The notes below the pieces were generated by a model, which was given only the letters and a program-made list of their open reading frames with translations, searched no databases and had not been told where the DNA came from. The position numbers and the translations under genes are program-made. From an uncultured delta proteobacterium (GTDB lineage: Bacteria; Bdellovibrionota; FAC87; UBA2466), in assembly GCA_963778115.1 (NCBI GenBank), contig CAVZSV010000001.1, forward strand, positions 96,001-160,000: DNA of 64,000 nt, read 5' to 3'. This document shows, one piece after another, positions 38,612 through 47,708 of the stretch; within the stretch, counting starts at the first letter, position 1, and each line of letters opens with the position of its first letter.

Positions 38612-39417
38612 TGAACACCCCCAGCCGCGCAAATCGACTTGCCTTGGTCACTCACAAGGCCCAAGCGCACCATTACTTCGTTGGAGAGAGCTAGGTAGTC
38701 GTGAGCTCCTGCGCTTTCTGCGGCATGGTGAAAGATTGTTTTTCCATACGCAGGCGCCTCCTTAAGTTTTACCGAGCGACGAATTTTAGTTTCAAAAACG
38801 CCTTCGCCAAAGCCTGCAACAAGACCATCCCAGGTTTCCGCTGCGATCCTGGTTTGGTCGGCCATCGTCAGGAGGTAGCCGAGCACCTTTAGTCGGGGAT
38901 TGGTCCCTTCGCAAATATCTCTCACTTCTGACAGCAGCTCTTTGATGCCCATCATGGCGAAGTAGCTGGAATCCACGGGCACAATGAGGCTATCAGCAGC
39001 ATTCAACGCCGAATTCATGAGAGGACCGAGGGTTGGCGGCGTATCAATAATGATAACGTCATAGCGTCCTTTAAGCTGACCTAAACGGTGAGCAAGTCTC
39101 AGTTCGCTATTGGTCATGCCGACCATTTCCCGCTCCACTCGCGCTAACATTGGGGTTGCAGGAATTAAATGGAGGCTTTCCCCCTCATAAATTACCTCCT
39201 CTGATGTCAGCTCGCGATTGAGAATAAGGTCCCCTACCGAGAGCCTGATCGTGTCAAGCTGGACACCCATTCCCTGTGTAGCGTTGCCTTGAGGGTCGAG
39301 ATCAACCAGAAGAGTTCTTAGACCATTCAACGCCAACGCCTGGCTTAGATTGATTGCGGTTGTAGTTTTGGCCACACCACCTTTCTGGTTGGTAATGGCG
39401 ATGATTTTTCCACTCAT
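38608..39417 (-). CDS. parA: ParA/Soj family ATPase
   Basis: NQKGGVAKTT, DLDPQGN, IIDTPP, IRRSVKLKEAP. Confidence 0.95.
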   Translation of the reverse strand: MSGKIIAITNQKGGVAKTTTAINLSQALALNGLRTLLVDLDPQGNATQGMGVQLDTIRLSVGDLILNRELTSEEVIYEGESLHLIPATPMLARVEREMVGMTNSELRLAHRLGQLKGRYDVIIIDTPPTLGPLMNSALNAADSLIVPVDSSYFAMMGIKELLSEVRDICEGTNPRLKVLGYLLTMADQTRIAAETWDGLVAGFGEGVFETKIRRSVKLKEAPAYGKTIFHHAAESAGAHDYLALSNEVMVRLGLVSDQGKSICAAGGVQ

Positions 39418-39615
39418 TGATGCCTCCATTGTTGACTGAGCTTCCTACCCGGCCAACAATGGGGGTAGGAAACCGGGTTCGGTTTCTGTTTTTCGAGAGC
39501 CGGGGAGGTGCAACTCTCCGGCTCTTCTCTTTACATCAGTTATGTTATACATCAATTCGGATGTATATCAAAACTGGAATATTTTAATTTTGATTTATTC
39601 AATTATGATGTGGGC

Positions 39616-39807
39616 ATGGCTAAGCTTAAGCTGGACCAAATTCTGAAGCAGAAGAAGATGTCCAAGTACAAGCTCGCCCAGATTCTCGGATTGCCTACCG
39701 CGTCAATTTTTCGCTATTTCAAACCTGAATATGACCCAAAGCTTTCAACCCTAGAGAAATGGGCGAAGGTGTTGGGTGTGCGCATTCGAGATCTCTACGA
39801 GGAATAA
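39616..39807 (+). CDS. Small XRE/Cro-type HTH regulator
   Basis: MSKYKLAQILG…PKLSTLEKWAKVLGV. Confidence 0.8.
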   Translation: MAKLKLDQILKQKKMSKYKLAQILGLPTASIFRYFKPEYDPKLSTLEKWAKVLGVRIRDLYEE

Positions 39808-40003
39808 AGCTACACAAGTGGTTTAGCTCTCTTACAGCCGCGATTATCCGAAACGTCACCCGCTCGTTGGCCCACCGCAAGTGAAGCCCCCAAACTCTGC
39901 AACTACTTTGTTTTAAAGGAATTTTCTAAAATACCCGATACGTCACTGCATAGATCTACCTAATGTCGGGGCCGAGTGTCCCGCCGAGAAGGAAGGCTGA
40001 GCA

Positions 40004-41521
40004 ATGGCACTACCGAAGAAGACAAATTTCCTGAGTAAGAGTCGCCTTATGCGTGGGATTCAATGTCCGAAGAGCCTTTACCTCACAATCAACCATCCAG
40101 AACTCGAGCCTCCTTCTGATCCATCACAGCAGGCTCTTTTCGATCAAGGCCACGAGGTTGGTATAGCGGCGCAGAAGAAGTTCCCCGGCGGAGTAACCAT
40201 TACGGCCCCCTATTTCGATACGCAGGCCGCGTTCGAACAAACTGAGGACGCAATTCAAAAGGGTGCCACTAACATATATGAGGCAACATTCTCTGCGGAC
40301 GGAGTTACTGCGAAAATAGATATCCTTCACCGCGAATCATCTTCACATCCATGGCAAATTATCGAAGTTAAGTCCACTACGAGCGTCAAGGAGGAGCACC
40401 TGACCGACGTCGCGATCCAATCTCTCGTTATGGATGGGACCAAGCACAAACACAAAGATGTGTTTTTGATGCACATCAACAATCAGGTTAAAGCCCCGGA
40501 TCTCGAGAATTTGTTCACCCAAGTTTCGGTATCAGCTGAAATCGATAGTCTGAGAAAGACACTCCCCACAAAAATTGAAGAGTTAAAGGCCATAGTTTCA
40601 AAACCGGAGACTCCGAAAACCGAAATTGGTCCCCATTGTGATGATCCTTATGAATGCCCCTTCAAGGCACACTGCTGGCAACATATTCCCAAGCAAAGCG
40701 TATTTGAACTGCCCGCAATTGGAAAAAAGGCCTGGGAGTACTATGAAAAAGGAATCATCAAAATAGCTGATCCGAAATTTATTCCCTCTAAGAGCCAACT
40801 TAGAAGAGTTGAGGCCGTCCGGTCGGGAGTCCGCTGGGTAGACTCTTCCGCTATTGGAGAGGCACTAAGCACTTGGAAGTGGCCACTAATCTACTTAGAC
40901 TTTGAAACAATCGCCTTTGCAATTCCTCGATATACCGGGACCCGCCCGTACGAGCAGATTCCATTTCAATTTAGCTGTCTAAAACAAACTAAACCCGGAC
41001 AGAAATACACTGAAGCCTTTTACCTGCATGATAGCGAAAAAGATCCGCGCGCCGAATTAATTCCGAGGCTCCTCGAAGCACTAGAAGAAAAGGGATCAAT
41101 TGTAGCCTATAACATGGGTTTCGAGTCTGGTTGTCTAGAACGTTTGGCCGCCTTTTCTCCGGAGCATTCAAAACAACTCCTGGCCGCGAAGGAACGCTTA
41201 GTAGATCCTCTTCCAATATTTCGTGCGGCTGTCTATGACTCGGAATTCAGCGGTAGCTTTAGCATCAAGCACGTAGCTCCGGCCATCTTAGGTGCAGATC
41301 GGACCTACGACGGGATGACAATATCAGACGGTGGAGCCGCTCAACGCGGATTTCTGGCCTTGATCGGTGGCTCTCAATCCGAGGCCGAACGGGAACAATT
41401 AACGAAGGCCATGCTTGCATATTGCAAAAAAGACACAGTCGAAATGTTGGACCTCGTCGAGTGGCTCCATGCGCAGGTAAGTAGTCCTACTCCGGCCCGT
41501 AAGGCGAGTGGGATTAAGTGA
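40004..41521 (+). CDS. DUF2779-containing protein (RecB/Cas4-like nuclease + RNase H-like domain)
   Basis: LSKS…QCPK, DIL…IIEVKS, HC..PYECPFK.HC, YLDFET, YCKKDT. Confidence 0.85.
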   Translation: MALPKKTNFLSKSRLMRGIQCPKSLYLTINHPELEPPSDPSQQALFDQGHEVGIAAQKKFPGGVTITAPYFDTQAAFEQTEDAIQKGATNIYEATFSADGVTAKIDILHRESSSHPWQIIEVKSTTSVKEEHLTDVAIQSLVMDGTKHKHKDVFLMHINNQVKAPDLENLFTQVSVSAEIDSLRKTLPTKIEELKAIVSKPETPKTEIGPHCDDPYECPFKAHCWQHIPKQSVFELPAIGKKAWEYYEKGIIKIADPKFIPSKSQLRRVEAVRSGVRWVDSSAIGEALSTWKWPLIYLDFETIAFAIPRYTGTRPYEQIPFQFSCLKQTKPGQKYTEAFYLHDSEKDPRAELIPRLLEALEEKGSIVAYNMGFESGCLERLAAFSPEHSKQLLAAKERLVDPLPIFRAAVYDSEFSGSFSIKHVAPAILGADRTYDGMTISDGGAAQRGFLALIGGSQSEAEREQLTKAMLAYCKKDTVEMLDLVEWLHAQVSSPTPARKASGIK

Positions 41522-41555
41522 AAATCGAAATTTGAATTAGGACCCAGGAGAAAAT

Positions 41556-44252
41556 ATGTCTACCCAGCTTGCGAAAAATTTGACCAGCGAGACTGATGGC
41601 GAAAGCGAACTCGTTAAGCAGATTGACGATGCAATCCTCGAGTGGAGCACGAACTTCTCGGATATTGCCGCCACCTTGGGGATCTCCAAGAAAGTCGTCA
41701 GGCAACGCTGGGAGGAAAAGTTTGCCGCACCTGCGCGACAGATGATCCGCGAAGGGAAAACAAATGAAGAAATCACTTCAGCTCTAGGCATTCCTAAAAC
41801 CGCTGTTGCCGCATTTCGCGCCTCAAAGACTCGAGGAGAGAGAAATGGCTCAATCAGCGAGGATGATTTTGATATTCCGAGTAGCACCAAAGACAACACT
41901 ACTTTCAGCTGGTTGCCCTTCTTCGAGGAGCTACTCACTAAGCTATGTCGCGATTTCAATGCTAACTCCTTAGCCGCTTTAGCCCACCAGATATTTGAAA
42001 ACAGTCCCCTCAAGGACCAATTCAAAGACGGTAGCAGCGGTCCCGTACGCGAAATCGATCCCCTTACATTTATTGGCTATTTCAATCGAAGTCTGACTAC
42101 CGACCGAAGGAAATCTTACTGCAAGGCAATTAAGGAGCGCCTCCAGCTAGAGTCGGCCGTTCCGAGTGACTTCAATGGTATTCCCATCATCAATAATCAA
42201 GCCAGTTGGTTCTTTCCATACGAGAAGGAACGCCCATCAGACGTTTTTGAGCGACTTTGGGCTTTTTCAAATGCCCTCAACAAGTCAGATATGTCCGAAA
42301 AGGTTTTCGCAAATGCTCTGAATATTAAGGGTGTAGGGTTGTCAAAACTCACCCAAATTTGCTTCATATGCAAACCTGCCCAGTTTTTGCCTCTTGATAA
42401 AAACACCAGTGAGTTTCTAGAAAAAAATGGCTTGCGTGAAGGTATCGAACGCATTCGGAAGTCCGAATCCTATCGCGATTATGTACAGCTGCTGGAATCA
42501 ATAAAATCAAAGCTTCCAGGACAAACATTCGCTCAGATTAGCGCGAGGAGTTACGACTTTGAGTCAAAAAGCGAAGAGACCTATTGGGCCGTTGGTGCCA
42601 TGTGGGATGAGGTAGATAAGACTCCAGAGTTCATTCAGAATGGAGTTTGGATAAATGGCTTCTCTGAAGACTCAAAAGACCGGTCGCTGAATCTAGTAAA
42701 GCAAATTGGTGTTGGAGATTGGATTGCGATCAAGAGCTCCTTCGTCAAAGAAAAAACCTTTCCCTGCTTGAGAATAAAAGCTGTTGGAAAGGTAACAGAA
42801 AATATTGGCGATGGCAGAAACCTCAAGGTGAATTGGCTATTCAAGGGGCCCCCGTTCGATGTGGATGGTGCTTCATATCGTCAGACCGTCCACCGTTTGG
42901 ATGATGCAGTCGATACAAAGCTCATATTCAACAACTCCTACAAGTCTTCCCGAAAAGACAAGAAGGTACCAAGCAACACTGCCGTACCAGAAGCATTACC
43001 GATTCCTCACAATCTGATCCTATTTGGACCTCCAGGAGTTGGGAAAACGCATCAAATCTTGAGACTCCGGGGACAATTTACAACCACCGGAGGCGAAGTT
43101 GCGCAGGAGGTGCGTTTGACGGATTGGGCCTCAGACAAATCATGGTGGGAAGTCATCGCAGCCGCACTTATGGATCTGGGCCATGACGCAGCAGTTACAG
43201 AAATCGTCTCTCACCCTTATGTAAAGGCGAAGATCGGTCTAAGTAACAACAAGACCCCGAACAACATGATTTGGCACTCCTTACAGACTCATACTGTAGA
43301 TGACTGTAAGACCGTTGCGTATAAACAGCGAACTGAGCCCCTCATTTTCGACAAAGGGGAAGACTCGAAGTGGCGCCTCACCGGCAATTGGAAGGAAACA
43401 CTCTCTGATTTCGTGACCGAAGTGCAGGGATTATCGAGCGAAACCGTAACCGAAAACAAACGGTATGAGATGGTTACGTTCCATCAGAGCTACTCTTATG
43501 AGGAATTCGTCGAAGGTATCCGGCCAGTCATTGATGATGCATCAGAGTCTGTCCGCTATGTGATCGAGAGCGGCGTCTTTAAGAAGCTATGCGAAAAGGC
43601 GCGTAAAGATCCGTCGAATTCCTATGCCCTTTTCATCGATGAAATCAACCGAGGGAATATTGCCAAGATTTTCGGTGAACTCATCACTCTAATTGAAGTG
43701 GATAAGCGCCAAGGCAAAGAAAATGAGACAAAAGTGCGCCTTACGTATTCCAAGGAGGAATTTTCCGTCCCATCGAATCTATTTATCATAGGCACCATGA
43801 ACTCAGTTGATCGTTCCATCGCTCTGATCGATCTCGCACTACGCAGGCGCTTCCGATTTCAGCGGATGAACCCTCTGCCTGATCTCGTTCCCCAAGAGAT
43901 CGGTGGGATAAAACTCCGGGAGATATATCAGGAACTCAATCGAAGAATATCTGTCCTCCTTGGAGAAGATTATCAAATTGGGCACAGTTATTTGATGAAT
44001 ATCAATTCATTGTCAGACTTAAGGAGTGTTTGGTTCGAAAATATCCTGCCTCTAATCCAAGAATACTTCTTTGATGACTGGAATAAGATGAAGGCACTAG
44101 TTCCGCAATTCATCGAATCTAGCGATGTTAGCGGGATTAAGGACTTGGGTTTGGTAAGCACTTCCTCGACACGCTTTACGTCTTCTTCTGGGGATGACAG
44201 CGACTTTGCGGACAGGTTCAAGAGACTTGAAGGTTTCCTGAAGGGTGCATGA
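41556..44252 (+). CDS. mcrB: McrB-like AAA+ GTPase with extended N-terminal specificity region
   Basis: GPPGVGKT, FHQSYSYEEFVEG, IDEINRGN, GTMNSVDRS, ALRRRF, IGHSY. Confidence 0.92.
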   Translation: MSTQLAKNLTSETDGESELVKQIDDAILEWSTNFSDIAATLGISKKVVRQRWEEKFAAPARQMIREGKTNEEITSALGIPKTAVAAFRASKTRGERNGSISEDDFDIPSSTKDNTTFSWLPFFEELLTKLCRDFNANSLAALAHQIFENSPLKDQFKDGSSGPVREIDPLTFIGYFNRSLTTDRRKSYCKAIKERLQLESAVPSDFNGIPIINNQASWFFPYEKERPSDVFERLWAFSNALNKSDMSEKVFANALNIKGVGLSKLTQICFICKPAQFLPLDKNTSEFLEKNGLREGIERIRKSESYRDYVQLLESIKSKLPGQTFAQISARSYDFESKSEETYWAVGAMWDEVDKTPEFIQNGVWINGFSEDSKDRSLNLVKQIGVGDWIAIKSSFVKEKTFPCLRIKAVGKVTENIGDGRNLKVNWLFKGPPFDVDGASYRQTVHRLDDAVDTKLIFNNSYKSSRKDKKVPSNTAVPEALPIPHNLILFGPPGVGKTHQILRLRGQFTTTGGEVAQEVRLTDWASDKSWWEVIAAALMDLGHDAAVTEIVSHPYVKAKIGLSNNKTPNNMIWHSLQTHTVDDCKTVAYKQRTEPLIFDKGEDSKWRLTGNWKETLSDFVTEVQGLSSETVTENKRYEMVTFHQSYSYEEFVEGIRPVIDDASESVRYVIESGVFKKLCEKARKDPSNSYALFIDEINRGNIAKIFGELITLIEVDKRQGKENETKVRLTYSKEEFSVPSNLFIIGTMNSVDRSIALIDLALRRRFRFQRMNPLPDLVPQEIGGIKLREIYQELNRRISVLLGEDYQIGHSYLMNINSLSDLRSVWFENILPLIQEYFFDDWNKMKALVPQFIESSDVSGIKDLGLVSTSSTRFTSSSGDDSDFADRFKRLEGFLKGA

Positions 44253-45613
44253 ATAAGTGCCTCACATTTTACGAATATGACGGTTTCGAACGGGAATCTG
44301 GTGAAATTACTGACCGCTTGGACCTCTCAGGACTCAGTAGCTCCGAATGTCAGTCTCTAGAGTGGCTGTCTCGAAACTACTCGATTTCCGGGAATTTGTT
44401 CGACATTTCACAGAGTACGATTCGAGCCCGTCAATTTATCGGAACCGTTTCCCTAGGAAATAAGAGTATTCAGATTCTCCCCAAGTTGTTGCGCGCTAAA
44501 GGCTTACCTGAGAAGGAGCGGATTCTAAAGAACCTCTTGGTGATGCTGGAATATGCCCATGAGATCGAGGAAGTAGACATGGGAACTTTTCGATTAGCCG
44601 AGAGCGCCGGAAATTTTATTGAAGTCTACATTCACACGTTCGCAAAACGCCTGGTCCAGCTTCTCCGAAGACATCCTCCCAAAAACTACGTGAACGTTAT
44701 CGAAAATACATGCTTCTTAAAAGGGAGAATCCTGTTCCCTGAAAACGTACGTAAGAATCTAGTACATCAAGAGCGGGTTATATGTGAGTTTGATGAGTTC
44801 ACAGAGGACAACCTGATTAATCAGGCGTTCCGATCTGTTGTTTCCAATCTCATAAATGTTTCGAGCGTACCGGAAAATAGAAAGTTGCTCCAACGCGCAA
44901 GTCAATTACTAGAGGGAGTTCAGCAGAAGGTGATCACCTACTCCGACGTGAGAAATCTGCAAATTCCGAAGAAAGACAAGGCATTGTCCTCTGTGTTCTC
45001 CTTAGCGAAGATGTTCATCCGCTATACCCAACCAGAGCTTTACCGAGGTCAACAGAGTTCGATTGCTATTCTTATCGACATGAATGAACTATTTGAGGAC
45101 TTTATCTTTCAGCTCATATCTAAGAATCGTGACGCGATCGGGATCAAAGATGTTTTCTTTCAAAAGGGCCAGAGACTCGTGTCAGGTTTAAGAAATATTG
45201 GGGAAACAGCATTCACCGAAAAGAATATGTTCAACACATACCAGGACATTGTCGTGGAATTTGAAAATGGAAAGCGCCTAACAATCGATACAAAGTACAA
45301 GCTTATCGGTGACGGAGGAAAAGCCCATTTTGGAATTTCGAACGCGGATGTGTATCAAATTTTAACTTATCGGGAGTTGAACGGAGGCAGCGACGTCATG
45401 CTCCTTTATCCGAGGAACGAGGAAGATATTAGAAAGGAGTTCAGGGTTACGACTGAACGCGATGTTCGATTTTCGGTTCTTACGGTCAATCTTGGGAACG
45501 ATATGCGCTCACAGCTGGGAACCCTCGTACAAGAGCTGCGAGATGCCTTCGTCGGACTTGGACTCCACACGGTAGACAATGTTCCCGATTCGCTTTCTCA
45601 GCCGATTCTCTAA
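44249..45613 (+). CDS. mcrC: McrC-like PD-(D/E)xK nuclease subunit
   Basis: IQILPK, LKGRI, DMNELFEDF, QDIVV…IDTKYK, ADVYQI; ATGA-coupled to mcrB. Confidence 0.92.
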   Translation: MNKCLTFYEYDGFERESGEITDRLDLSGLSSSECQSLEWLSRNYSISGNLFDISQSTIRARQFIGTVSLGNKSIQILPKLLRAKGLPEKERILKNLLVMLEYAHEIEEVDMGTFRLAESAGNFIEVYIHTFAKRLVQLLRRHPPKNYVNVIENTCFLKGRILFPENVRKNLVHQERVICEFDEFTEDNLINQAFRSVVSNLINVSSVPENRKLLQRASQLLEGVQQKVITYSDVRNLQIPKKDKALSSVFSLAKMFIRYTQPELYRGQQSSIAILIDMNELFEDFIFQLISKNRDAIGIKDVFFQKGQRLVSGLRNIGETAFTEKNMFNTYQDIVVEFENGKRLTIDTKYKLIGDGGKAHFGISNADVYQILTYRELNGGSDVMLLYPRNEEDIRKEFRVTTERDVRFSVLTVNLGNDMRSQLGTLVQELRDAFVGLGLHTVDNVPDSLSQPIL

Positions 45614-45770
45614 CTCGCCCCCGCGGTTCGATTCTCTACGCACTAAATAATTGATATTATGTAGTAATATCAGAATGCCCTCCCGCAAGAAAAGAAAACC
45701 TAGTACTCCCATCTGTACGACCCCCTAAGATTCCTGTATTTCACAAGGCCCACGAGTTAAGGGTGTTGTT

Positions 45771-47114
45771 ATGGACGAATTACAATCGCATGGCTCTATT
45801 TCGCCGGTAGAAAAGGGAAGGTCACCCCACGAGCCGTCGGCATTCGTCCCAGGCGTTCGCCAGACAAGCAATCTTCCAACTCTTTCGGAACAAATGAAAA
45901 AATCCGCAAGGAAGATCAAGAGTAGTTATCCTGATCAATTCGACTATTCCGTTTACGATCGCCTGTATGAAAAATTCGGAAACAACCAGCCGAGAGGCGG
46001 GGTTGTGTTCGGGAGTCCTATACGGCTTACAGAATCACAAGACTGTAAGCACTGTTTTTATCGTTTTGAGATTGATACTTATGGGAGGGGTTGTACTTTT
46101 AATTGTGCTTACTGCTATGCGAAGAGCTATCTTTCCATTCGCAAATGGTGGAACGAACCGTTTCCATTCCCTGCAGATATTTCGGAAATCCGAAAAATTT
46201 TTGCCTCTGTATTCGAGGGTGACCGTAAACATAGATTCCGACATGTGCTGGAAAAGAGAATTCCCCTTCGGATTGGATCGATGTCTGACAGCTTCATGTG
46301 GATGGACAAAAAGTATCATGTCACGCGCGAACTACTAAAAATTCTGAAGTTCTATCGATATCCATACATAATATTTACCCGGTCAGATTTGGTAGCGGAC
46401 GATGAGTATGTTGAAGTTCTGGACAGAGGTCTCTGTAGCGTACAAATGTCTATCTCAAGCCTCAACGAAGCTATGACAAAATCTATAGAGCCGGGTGCGC
46501 CTCCACCGCATCGTCGACTCGCAGCTCTTCATAAGCTGCAGTCTCTTGGATTTTGGACAACGGTGAGAATTAACCCTCTATTTCCCATTTACCCAGATGG
46601 CTATTTCACCGATCCTAATTTCGATAGAAAAGAAGCCGTAGAACCATTTCCATATTTTTCGTGGGACATGATCGAAACGATTGCACACTATAAGATCCCA
46701 TCTCTATTGGTAGGAGTTGCAAGATTGTATCAACCGAATCTTCGTTTTTTAAAGAAAGCGATAGGGAAAGACTTTAAGAAGTACTTTGGAGAGTCTAAGT
46801 CGCTGGAGCGGGCTTCTTTACATTACTCACCTAATGAGACGGCCTATTATTATTCCCGGATAAAAGACCTCTGTGTCCAAAATGGTGTACGTTTTTCAAC
46901 GTGCTATATTGGCAATGATCCCAGTGGAGACAGTTTTTTTAAATATCAGGATCTGTGGGACAATAAAAAGGACTGTTGCGATGCTCAAGGCAACGTAGCG
47001 ATGTTTAAAACGACGTGCTCATCCCTGGCCCCCAGTGAGCCTTCAATCCCTGAAATTAAGAGAATTTCCCTCAATGATCATTCTCGGCTCGAGAGGCGCC
47101 CAGATGCGAACTGA
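45771..47114 (+). CDS. Radical SAM protein (spore photoproduct lyase-like family)
   Basis: DTYGRGCTFNCAYCYA (CxxxCxxC), IGSMSD, IEPGAP…RL, VRINP; C-terminal DCC. Confidence 0.88.
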   Translation: MDELQSHGSISPVEKGRSPHEPSAFVPGVRQTSNLPTLSEQMKKSARKIKSSYPDQFDYSVYDRLYEKFGNNQPRGGVVFGSPIRLTESQDCKHCFYRFEIDTYGRGCTFNCAYCYAKSYLSIRKWWNEPFPFPADISEIRKIFASVFEGDRKHRFRHVLEKRIPLRIGSMSDSFMWMDKKYHVTRELLKILKFYRYPYIIFTRSDLVADDEYVEVLDRGLCSVQMSISSLNEAMTKSIEPGAPPPHRRLAALHKLQSLGFWTTVRINPLFPIYPDGYFTDPNFDRKEAVEPFPYFSWDMIETIAHYKIPSLLVGVARLYQPNLRFLKKAIGKDFKKYFGESKSLERASLHYSPNETAYYYSRIKDLCVQNGVRFSTCYIGNDPSGDSFFKYQDLWDNKKDCCDAQGNVAMFKTTCSSLAPSEPSIPEIKRISLNDHSRLERRPDAN

Positions 47115-47526
47115 ACGTACCACCCCCGCCATGCTCCCTGGTTTAAACGTTCAAGCCCCATGGGCGGAGTCTATAGTGCGCGGAAAAAAAACTATCGAAA
47201 CTCGTTTCTATCCACTGCCTCAAAAATACGTCGGAGAAGAAATGTTTCTGATCGAGACCCCTGGGGAACGATTAGATTTTAAAGCCCGCATCATAGCGAT
47301 CGTTATTTTCAACGAAAGCTTTCGCTATAGAGACTCCTCCCACTTTTACCGAGACTCGAAACGGCATTTAGTGACCCGCCAGTCGGAACTGGTAAATTGG
47401 GAAGCGGGTCATGGAAAACCCAAGTGGGGCTGGCCAATAATTTCGGTTAGAAGATATTCCCAAGATCTCCCGCCGACGCTTCGACGCGGAATCGTATACT
47501 CGACCTCAATTCCCCTTTCGCCTTAG
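47104..47526 (+). CDS. ASCH (PUA-like) domain protein
   Basis: LNVQAPWAESIVRGKKTIETR; start overlaps rSAM stop. Confidence 0.85.
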   Translation: MRTERTTPAMLPGLNVQAPWAESIVRGKKTIETRFYPLPQKYVGEEMFLIETPGERLDFKARIIAIVIFNESFRYRDSSHFYRDSKRHLVTRQSELVNWEAGHGKPKWGWPIISVRRYSQDLPPTLRRGIVYSTSIPLSP

Positions 47527-47708
47527 GAAGGGTTCCCCTTGCGCGCCGTTTCATTTGAACGCGATGAATCATCGGCGTATCGGTATCAGATATGGTGCTC
47601 TCCAAGCCCTGAAAATCACTTAACTCGACCGCTGAAAGCTCGATAGCCCCTCAATTTTCCTACAGTTTTTCTCTTCAAGTACCGACCTGTTCTAACAGAG
47701 GACCCCAT

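Noticed and set aside
40004..41521. Cas4 indicating a CRISPR system
   Set aside because: Architecture fits DUF2779 proteins; no cas1/cas2 or array in the window
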